IMG/VR virus record: IMGVR_UViG_3300020161_002285 | Location: 1 to 29,919 of that record | DNA length: 29,919 bases | Strand: one strand, 5' to 3' | From: a virus | Taxonomy: Duplodnaviria > Caudoviricetes | Shown: one piece after another, positions 1 through 5,613 of the stretch | Numbering within the stretch: the stretch's first letter is position 1 | Layout: each line of letters begins with the position of its first letter | The notes under the pieces: model-generated | What the model was told of the DNA's origin: nothing | Databases searched by the model: none | What the model saw: only the letters and a program-made list of their open reading frames with translations | Made by a program: the position numbers and the translations under genes

Positions 1-141
1 GGCAATCCGCCGCACGATATAGTTATCGGTTGCACGGTTAAAGTTACAAAGAACGGCAATCGTCGCCACTGTTTTACACTGAACGGCAGGCGGATTGCGT
101 GCCATAAGATAGCACTACGTCTGGGAGAGTTGGGCGCTTAA
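1..141 (+). CDS. 3' end of a small hypothetical protein (partial, enters from the left edge)
   Basis: Frame 1 is open from base 1 to TAA at 139-141 (GNPPHDIVIGCTVKVTKNGNRRHCFTLNGRRIACHKIALRLGELGA*). GC-richer than the rest of the window. The start is not visible. Confidence 0.45.
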   Translation, partial: GNPPHDIVIGCTVKVTKNGNRRHCFTLNGRRIACHKIALRLGELGA

Positions 142-142
142 G

Positions 143-196
143 TTAGTCGTTCGTGGGCGGCAGTTAGGTATACCCTGCCGCCCTATCTGCGACTGA
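143..196. other. Extended GC-rich stem-loop
   Basis: GGGCGGCAG (155-163) is the perfect reverse complement of CTGCCGCCC (175-183). An outer stem TTAGTCG (143-149) / CGACTGA (190-196) has one G-U pair. There is no U-tract, so it is not a canonical intrinsic terminator. Confidence 0.6.
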
Positions 197-230
197 TGAG
201 GATATCTTATGCGTTCGTGTTTGGCAGTTA
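148..230 (+). repeat. Duplicated motif CGTTCGTG-N3-GGCAGTTA
   Basis: Copies at 148-166 (CGTTCGTG GGC GGCAGTTA) and 212-230 (CGTTCGTG TTT GGCAGTTA); 16 of 19 bases identical. Confidence 0.7.
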
Positions 231-319
231 AGCGCGCCTTATATGGCGTCCCCGTGGGGGTCATGGGGCGTTTTAAAAACAGCTAACTACCCTAACCTAC
301 AACGGACCCGAATCGAGAG

Positions 320-326
320 ATAAATA
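320..326 (+). promoter_or_regulatory. Putative T4-type late promoter (ATAAATA)
   Basis: Intergenic ATAAATA about 100 nt upstream of the ORF at 430. Matches the gp55-dependent late-promoter core, but the AT-rich context makes a chance match possible. Confidence 0.4.
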
Positions 327-391
327 TAAGACTCAAAATAAAAAAATTTTTCCGGTATAAAAATTTACTATAAGATTCAAAATAAAAAAAT
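325..391 (+). repeat. 23-bp direct repeat in an A-tract-rich spacer
   Basis: TATAAGACTCAAAATAAAAAAAT (325-347) and TATAAGATTCAAAATAAAAAAAT (369-391): one mismatch, 44-bp period. Confidence 0.75.
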
Positions 392-429
392 AAAATCGCC
401 TATATAAAATGAAAAATGAAATCCCCTAG

Positions 430-606
430 ATGAAAAAAAATTCCTCAGAAAATTTTAGACCCCTACAAGTCGATCCAATAAACGGCGACTATTATGTTAT
501 AATACCAGAGTGGATTGTCAATGATCTCGAATGGTATGAAGATACAGAAATAGAATTCACAATCGATGGAAAAGAAATTATACTCTCAGAAAAAAAAGAT
601 GACTGA
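430..606 (+). CDS. AbrB/MazE/SpoVT-like swapped-hairpin protein, 58 aa (absent from ORF track)
   Basis: Manual translation MKKNSSENFRPLQVDPINGDYYVIIPEWIVNDLEWYEDTEIEFTIDGKEIILSEKKDD*. The segment G-x-x-x-V-x-I-P-x-x-I-x-x-x-L-x-W-x-x-x-x-x-I-x-F-x-x-D-G-x-x-I-I-L fits the AbrB-like pattern. Its stop overlaps the next start (ATGACTGA). Confidence 0.7.
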   Translation: MKKNSSENFRPLQVDPINGDYYVIIPEWIVNDLEWYEDTEIEFTIDGKEIILSEKKDD

Positions 607-790
607 AACACTTTATCACATATACTTAAAAAATAAATGCATCTATCATTCATTAACTGAAGATGAATTTAATTTGACATGGAAAATGATTTCAGAGTTT
701 CTTTCGGTTACGGACGACTCTAAAAAGAACGACCTTTCTTATGAAGAAGTAATACGTTCAAAAGAAGTCACACTAAATTCATCCCATTGA
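599..790 (+). CDS. Small hypothetical protein, 63 aa; paralog of 1602-1772
   Basis: The ORF track starts at 566, but the ATG at 599 is coupled to the upstream stop. MTETLYHIYLKNKCIYHSLTEDEF aligns with the N-terminus of the 1602 ORF. Confidence 0.75.
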   Translation: MTETLYHIYLKNKCIYHSLTEDEFNLTWKMISEFLSVTDDSKKNDLSYEEVIRSKEVTLNSSH

Positions 791-815
791 CAATCCACTA
801 TATACTTGGTATGAT
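787..815 (+). promoter_or_regulatory. Host sigma70-type (early) promoter
   Basis: TTGACA (787-792), 17-nt spacer, extended -10 TG at 807-808, TATGAT (810-815). Ends 23 nt before the ATG at 839. Confidence 0.85.
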
Positions 816-838
816 ACTGAAGTAAAAATCATTCAATT

Positions 839-1597
839 ATGACTAAAGGATTCACCGTAAAAGCAAAGGCACCTATTGCCGCACAATCAAATCTGGAGTG
901 GGATTACAATTTAGCCAAAGAGATGGTCAAAGGAAAATCCATTGTCTTTTGCTTACCTGGAAGAGGAGTCTCATATGCATACCTGAAAAACTTTGTTCAA
1001 CTTTGTTTTGACTTAGTACAAGCAGGGGCGAGTATTCAGATCTCGCAAGACTATTCATCCATGGTAAACTTTGCAAGATGCAAATGTTTAGGAGCGAATG
1101 TACTGCGAGGACCTGATCAACTTCCCTGGGACGGCAAATTACATTATGATTGGCAACTCTGGATCGATTCTGACATTATTTTCACCAGTGAAAAGTTCTG
1201 GCAATTGATCCTGATGGACAAAGATATTGCATCCGGTTGGTATTGTACCGAAGATGGTCATACAACTTCAGTAGCACACTGGATGGAAGAAGAAGATTTC
1301 CGTTCCAATGGTGGTGTCATGAATCATGAAACTCTCGAAAGCATCAGTAAGCGTCGTAAACCATTTACAGTAGACTATGCTGGGTTTGGTTGGTTAATGA
1401 TTAAGAAAGGAGTCTTTGAGCATCCTGAAATGAAGTATCCTTGGTTCGCTCCCAAGATGCAAGTCTTCGAATCTGGAGAGGTCCAAGATATGTGTGGCGA
1501 AGATGTGTCATTCTGTCTGGATGCAAAAGAGGCAGGATTTGAAATCTGGTGTGATCCTCGTATCAGAGTTGGTCACGAAAAAACAAGAGTTATTTGA
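839..1597 (+). CDS. GT-A fold glycosyltransferase-like protein, 252 aa
   Basis: N-terminal strand IVFCLPG; FARCK at the position of the GT2 'ARN' motif; WQLWIDSD (DxD metal/nucleotide-sugar motif); GFGWLMIKKGVFE; GEDVSFC; C-terminal RVGH. Confidence 0.8.
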   Translation: MTKGFTVKAKAPIAAQSNLEWDYNLAKEMVKGKSIVFCLPGRGVSYAYLKNFVQLCFDLVQAGASIQISQDYSSMVNFARCKCLGANVLRGPDQLPWDGKLHYDWQLWIDSDIIFTSEKFWQLILMDKDIASGWYCTEDGHTTSVAHWMEEEDFRSNGGVMNHETLESISKRRKPFTVDYAGFGWLMIKKGVFEHPEMKYPWFAPKMQVFESGEVQDMCGEDVSFCLDAKEAGFEIWCDPRIRVGHEKTRVI

Positions 1598-1601
1598 GTC
1601 T

Positions 1602-1772
1602 ATGACAAATAATCACGAAAAATATAATATCTACTGCAATGGTCGCAAAATTTATTCCGATCTTTCAGAGGAAGACTATTTGGATGTGATGGAAGATCTG
1701 GCGCAGGAGTACTATGAAAAAGGAACTCCTGCATCTCATGAAATAAACACTGAAATTATCAAGGAGAATTAA
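1602..1772 (+). CDS. Small hypothetical protein, 56 aa; paralog of 599-790
   Basis: ATG at 1602 just after the glycosyltransferase stop (the track start at 1494 overlaps that gene by about 100 nt). MTNNHEKYNIYCNGRKIYSDLSEEDYLDVMEDLAQEYY... Confidence 0.75.
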   Translation: MTNNHEKYNIYCNGRKIYSDLSEEDYLDVMEDLAQEYYEKGTPASHEINTEIIKEN

Positions 1773-1777
1773 GTCTT

Positions 1778-1933
1778 ATGGCAACTAAAGCAAAAGGTGG
1801 ATTGAACAAGAATAGTTCTTATATTCCCGGTCCCCCTAAGAAGTCTCGTCAAGGAGCTGGCATGGGTACAAAGTACGCCGCATCTTCTCGCAATGGGGCA
1901 CGTAAGAAGTATAGGGGTCAAGGTAAAGGATGA
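1778..1933 (+). CDS. Small, highly basic Gly/Lys/Arg-rich protein, 51 aa (absent from ORF track)
   Basis: Manual translation MATKAKGGLNKNSSYIPGPPKKSRQGAGMGTKYAASSRNGARKKYRGQGKG*. AAGGAG at 1761-1766 upstream; fills the gap between neighbours; stop overlaps the next ATG (ATGA). Confidence 0.8.
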   Translation: MATKAKGGLNKNSSYIPGPPKKSRQGAGMGTKYAASSRNGARKKYRGQGKG

Positions 1934-2586
1934 GTCAATTAATCACCAATATTCCAGCTAAAAAAGTTTGGGTTCGTAAAGAATACTTACGCGATTTGCA
2001 GGATGGGTATGGTGAATTTGTAGAAGGCGTTTGGGTAACGGCAAAGTCATTACCTGGACGCTCTTTTTATTTTGAAACCTATTTACCCGAATATGGAGCA
2101 CTGTATGATAAATTACCAATTTCTGCATTTGTCTCGTCTCCAAAAACACCAGATCCAGATTTAGATCTTACAAATCTTCAATTTTGGGATTGTATGAGTT
2201 ATGGTGTAGTATGTGTAAATAAACAACACATTGGAGAACTTCATTTTGAAGTTAGAACTAGAAACTATGGTTCACTTAAAGGAGAGTATCTTTTTAGTTT
2301 AGATAATTATCACCCATATAATGATAAAATTGATTGTGGAACAAGTGAACTACCCGAAGAACATAAATCACACAATTGCATTTTACTCGAAAATGGGCAA
2401 TTTGGACTTTATCCTAACAACAGAATGAGACTTTATAGTCCATCAAGAACTCCAGATGAGGTTAAAACACCAGATTTTAAAATTTCAACAAAATTTTATA
2501 GAACTGAGATTGATATTAAGTGGGGTAGGTTGGGTGACACGGACGAATATTTTTGGGAAACCTCAGAAGAAAAAGAAAATAAATAA
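1930..2586 (+). CDS. Conserved phage hypothetical protein, 218 aa
   Basis: Long ORF coupled to the upstream gene. Motifs NIP..VWVRKEYL, YGALYDKLPISAF, LQFWDC, EHKSHN and NGQFGLYPNNR resemble a widespread aquatic-phage family of unknown function (recalled, not searched). Confidence 0.8.
   Translation: MSQLITNIPAKKVWVRKEYLRDLQDGYGEFVEGVWVTAKSLPGRSFYFETYLPEYGALYDKLPISAFVSSPKTPDPDLDLTNLQFWDCMSYGVVCVNKQHIGELHFEVRTRNYGSLKGEYLFSLDNYHPYNDKIDCGTSELPEEHKSHNCILLENGQFGLYPNNRMRLYSPSRTPDEVKTPDFKISTKFYRTEIDIKWGRLGDTDEYFWETSEEKENK
2579..2585 (+). promoter_or_regulatory. Putative late promoter (ATAAATA) upstream of speD
   Basis: ATAAATA overlapping the stop of the 1930 ORF, immediately before speD. Confidence 0.5.
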
Positions 2587-2591
2587 CTTTT

Positions 2592-2948
2592 TTGCTAAAA
2601 ACTGAATTGGAACAGTATTCAATGGGTAAGCACCTGCTTTTAGAGGTGTATGATGTTGATTTTGAAGCGATTAACGATGTGGAATCGCTTCAAAATACCA
2701 TGATTAAAGGTATAAATCGTGCAAAGATGACGATTTTAAACACTTTTGCCCATTGCTTCATTCCTCAAGGGTGTACAATCGTCATTGCACTCGCAGAAAG
2801 TCATGTTTCTTGCCATACATGGCCTGAAAATGGATGTCTTGCCATCGATGTTTACACATGTGGTGAAGGAAATCCAAAATTAATTGCACTTGAAATTTTA
2901 AAGTACTTAAATTCGGACAATTATAAGATTAGAGAGATAAATCGTTAA
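2592..2948 (+). CDS. speD: S-adenosylmethionine decarboxylase proenzyme (pyruvoyl-dependent, class 1B-like)
   Basis: MGKHLLLEVY, F.PQG.T, LAE/SH autocleavage site (ESH), HTWPE, DVYTCG. The true start may be TTG 2607 or ATG 2622. Confidence 0.93.
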   Translation: MLKTELEQYSMGKHLLLEVYDVDFEAINDVESLQNTMIKGINRAKMTILNTFAHCFIPQGCTIVIALAESHVSCHTWPENGCLAIDVYTCGEGNPKLIALEILKYLNSDNYKIREINR

Positions 2949-3014
2949 ATAGTGACAAGGAGATAGCAACCTCCTTTCAAAAAAGTTCTGTTTTTACAAA
3001 AAACAGGAGCTAAA
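2946..3014 (+). promoter_or_regulatory. TAAATA late-promoter core followed by a two-hairpin 5' leader
   Basis: TAAATA 2946-2951. Hairpin AAGGAG(2957-2962)/CTCCTT(2971-2976). Hairpin TTCTGTTTTT(2986-2995)/AAAAACAGGA(2999-3008) overlaps the SD AGGAG (3005-3009) of the ATG at 3015. Confidence 0.55.
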
Positions 3015-3266
3015 ATGTCCAATTTACCGGTTGATAGAGACAAAAATTATATGTATCAGATGTGGGGAACTACTTCTCTTACGTCTGATTACAATAGTTT
3101 AGATCAAAAATCGAAAGTGATTCAAGAAATCATGCATGATGATGTTCCAAAAAATCAACATCACCTAAAGGAACAATCTGAACTACACCAACAAATTAGA
3201 AATTCCAATGATTATGATGATTGGGAATATGGTACAGAACCTAATTATGGTATTTCTTGGAAATAA
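3015..3266 (+). CDS. Hypothetical protein, 83 aa
   Basis: Good SD (AGGAG) 5 nt before the ATG; acidic/aromatic C-terminus (YDDWEYGTEP); directly upstream of gp25. Confidence 0.75.
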   Translation: MSNLPVDRDKNYMYQMWGTTSLTSDYNSLDQKSKVIQEIMHDDVPKNQHHLKEQSELHQQIRNSNDYDDWEYGTEPNYGISWK

Positions 3267-3268
3267 CC

Positions 3269-3275
3269 ATAAATA
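3269..3275 (+). promoter_or_regulatory. Late promoter (ATAAATA) for the baseplate genes
   Basis: Intergenic CATAAATA 23 nt before the gp25 ATG. Confidence 0.75.
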
Positions 3276-3298
3276 ACTGAAGAAAAAGTCCTGTTCCG

Positions 3299-3709
3299 AT
3301 GGCAGTCAACCCAATTACAAGGATATCTAGAGCATTCAAGGACATTAGTTTGTCTTTTGAACCACATCCAGTAACTAAAGACTTGCCAATTTTAAAAAAT
3401 GAAAGAGCGATTATAAGATCAGTACGTAATATTGTAGAAACAATACCAACCGAAAGATTTTTTAATCCAGATTTTGGTTCTGATGTAAGATCAAGTTTAT
3501 TTGGTATTATTGATTTTGCAACATCATCAATCATTGAGGATCAAATTAAAACATCGATTACTCTTTATGAACCAAGAGTTGAAAATGTTCAGGTGAATGT
3601 AAATCCAGAATATGATGATAACGCTTTAGAAGTTACAGTTATTTTTGATATTATTGGACAGGACTTCCCAACACAAGAGTTTACTTTCATCCTAGAGGCA
3701 ACGAGATAA
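3299..3709 (+). CDS. gp25: Baseplate wedge subunit / sheath initiator, T4 gp25-like
   Basis: FKDISLSF..HPVTKD, AIIRSVRNIV.T...ER.F.PDFGS, YEPRV; immediately upstream of gp6. Confidence 0.92.
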   Translation: MAVNPITRISRAFKDISLSFEPHPVTKDLPILKNERAIIRSVRNIVETIPTERFFNPDFGSDVRSSLFGIIDFATSSIIEDQIKTSITLYEPRVENVQVNVNPEYDDNALEVTVIFDIIGQDFPTQEFTFILEATR

Positions 3710-3710
3710 A

Positions 3711-5612
3711 ATGCCTTTCACCAATTATACAAATTTAGATTTTGATCAGATAAAATCTTCAATTAAAGATTACCTAAGAGCAAATAGTAACTTTACTGAT
3801 TTTGATTTTGAAGGATCTAATTTTTCAGTTTTAATTGATACCTTAGCATATAATACTTATATTAATGCATTTAATTCAAACTTATCTGTTAATGAAGTAT
3901 TTTTAGATTCTGCAACTCTTCGTGAAAATGTAGTCTCTCTTGCAAGAAATATTGGATATGTTCCAAGGTCTAGAAAGTGCTCAACCGCAGTAGTTTCTTT
4001 CAACATTGAAACTACAAGCGAAACCTCTACACTTGCACTTCAACCAGAATTAGTCTGTATAGGAGCAGTAGATAATAGTTCTTATATATTTTCAGTACCA
4101 GAGGAAATCACTCGTACTGTAACCAATGGTATTGCATCATTCAGTAATATCGAAATTTATCAAGGAAGGTTTTTAAATTTATCGTTTACTGTAAACGGTT
4201 CTTTAGATCAGAAATTTATAATTCCAAACCCATATGTAGATACCAGTACAATTAGGGTATATGTAAAAGGAGTTAATGACACTGGCATAGGCAAAAAATA
4301 TTCTTTAGTTGATAATATTATTACAGTAAATAGTGACTCTGAAATATTTTTGATTCAAGAAGTTAAAGATGAAAAATATGAACTTTTATTTGGTGATGGA
4401 GTTTTTGGCAAACAACTTGAAAATGGAAGTGTAATTACTGTAAATTATATTGTAACTGATGGTAGAGATGGAAATGGTGCATCAGAATTTTCATTTGCAG
4501 GATCAATCAAAAATTCAAATGGTGCTTTAATTGCCCCATCAAATACCGTAACAGTAACTACAAATCAATCTTCAAAAAATGGTTCAAATATTGAATCTAT
4601 TGATTCAATTCGCTATTTTGCACCAAGGTTATATTCTTCACAATACAGAGCAGTAACTGCTGGTGATTATGAATCGATCATAAAAAATATTATATATCCC
4701 AATGCAGAAGTTGTGAGTGTAGTTGGTGGAGAAGATTTAGTTCCTCCAGAATATGGATCTATAACAATATCAGTTAAACCTAAAGATGGGTTATATGTTT
4801 CACAATTCGATAAACAGTTAATTTTATCAAAATTGAAGCAGTATACAATCACCGGTATAAATCAGAAAATCACAGATATTAAAGTTCTCTATATTGAATT
4901 GGATTCCTATGTTTACTATAATACTTCAAATTCTCCTGGTGTGGAAAGTTTAAAAACAAAAATAGAAAATTCTTTAAATACATATTCAAATTCTTTAGAT
5001 ATTAACAAATTTGGTGGTAGATTTAAGTATAGTAAACTCTTACAAATTATAGACAATACTGATGTTTCAGTTACATCAAATATTACTAAAATTACAATTA
5101 GAAGAAATTTGAATGTATTATTGAATCAATTTGCAGAATATGAACTATGCTATGGAAATAAGTTTCATGCAAATTCAGAAGGAGCAAATATAAAGTCCAC
5201 AGGATTTAAAATACCATCTGAAAATGAATTTGTATATCTAACAGATATTCCAAATGAAGATAAAATTACTGGTACTCTTGCCATAATTAAATTATCATCA
5301 AATCCATCTCAGTCTCCAACAACAATTATAAGTTCTGCTGGGATAGTTAATTATGAAACTGGAGAAATAAGATTAAATGCAATTAATATTATTCAAACTG
5401 AATTAGCAAATAGTGTAGTTGCGATACAGGCATATCCAGAATCTAATGATGTAATAGCTCTTAAAGATTTGTATCTTTCTTTAGACATTTCAAAAAGTAA
5501 AATAAATATGATTAAAGATGTAATATCTTCTGGAGAAAATACTTCTGGTGTTTTATTTGCCAGAGATTATTATCAATCAAGTTACTCTAACGGAAGTTTA
5601 ATTAGAAAATAA
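3711..5612 (+). CDS. gp6: Baseplate wedge subunit, T4 gp6-like
   Basis: LDFDQIK..IKDYL, FTDFDFEGS, LAYNTY, FLDSA.LRENVVSLARNIGYVPRS, FGDGVFG, QYRAVTAGDY; synteny gp25-gp6-gp7-gp8. Confidence 0.95.
   Translation: MPFTNYTNLDFDQIKSSIKDYLRANSNFTDFDFEGSNFSVLIDTLAYNTYINAFNSNLSVNEVFLDSATLRENVVSLARNIGYVPRSRKCSTAVVSFNIETTSETSTLALQPELVCIGAVDNSSYIFSVPEEITRTVTNGIASFSNIEIYQGRFLNLSFTVNGSLDQKFIIPNPYVDTSTIRVYVKGVNDTGIGKKYSLVDNIITVNSDSEIFLIQEVKDEKYELLFGDGVFGKQLENGSVITVNYIVTDGRDGNGASEFSFAGSIKNSNGALIAPSNTVTVTTNQSSKNGSNIESIDSIRYFAPRLYSSQYRAVTAGDYESIIKNIIYPNAEVVSVVGGEDLVPPEYGSITISVKPKDGLYVSQFDKQLILSKLKQYTITGINQKITDIKVLYIELDSYVYYNTSNSPGVESLKTKIENSLNTYSNSLDINKFGGRFKYSKLLQIIDNTDVSVTSNITKITIRRNLNVLLNQFAEYELCYGNKFHANSEGANIKSTGFKIPSENEFVYLTDIPNEDKITGTLAIIKLSSNPSQSPTTIISSAGIVNYETGEIRLNAINIIQTELANSVVAIQAYPESNDVIALKDLYLSLDISKSKINMIKDVISSGENTSGVLFARDYYQSSYSNGSLIRK
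5502..5508 (+). promoter_or_regulatory. Possible late promoter embedded in the gp6 3' end, serving gp7
   Basis: ATAAATA starting 112 nt upstream of the gp7 ATG; gp6 and gp7 are separated by only 1 nt. Confidence 0.4.
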
Positions 5613-5613
5613 T

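Noticed and set aside
155-190. Intrinsic terminator
   Set aside because: Strong stem but no U-tract on either strand; kept only as a generic hairpin.
193-230. CTGATGAG after a hairpin, resembling a hammerhead ribozyme core
   Set aside because: No stem II followed by GAAA and no correctly placed cleavage triplet.
566-598. N-terminal extension of the 566..790 ORF, or a programmed frameshift at the A8 run (590-597)
   Set aside because: The extension overlaps the AbrB-like gene and the ATG at 599 is coupled to its stop. A fusion would need a +1/-2 shift rather than the classic -1, and no stimulatory structure is evident.
1494-1601. Upstream extension of the 1494..1772 ORF
   Set aside because: It overlaps the conserved C-terminus of the glycosyltransferase; similarity to the paralog begins after Met at 1602.
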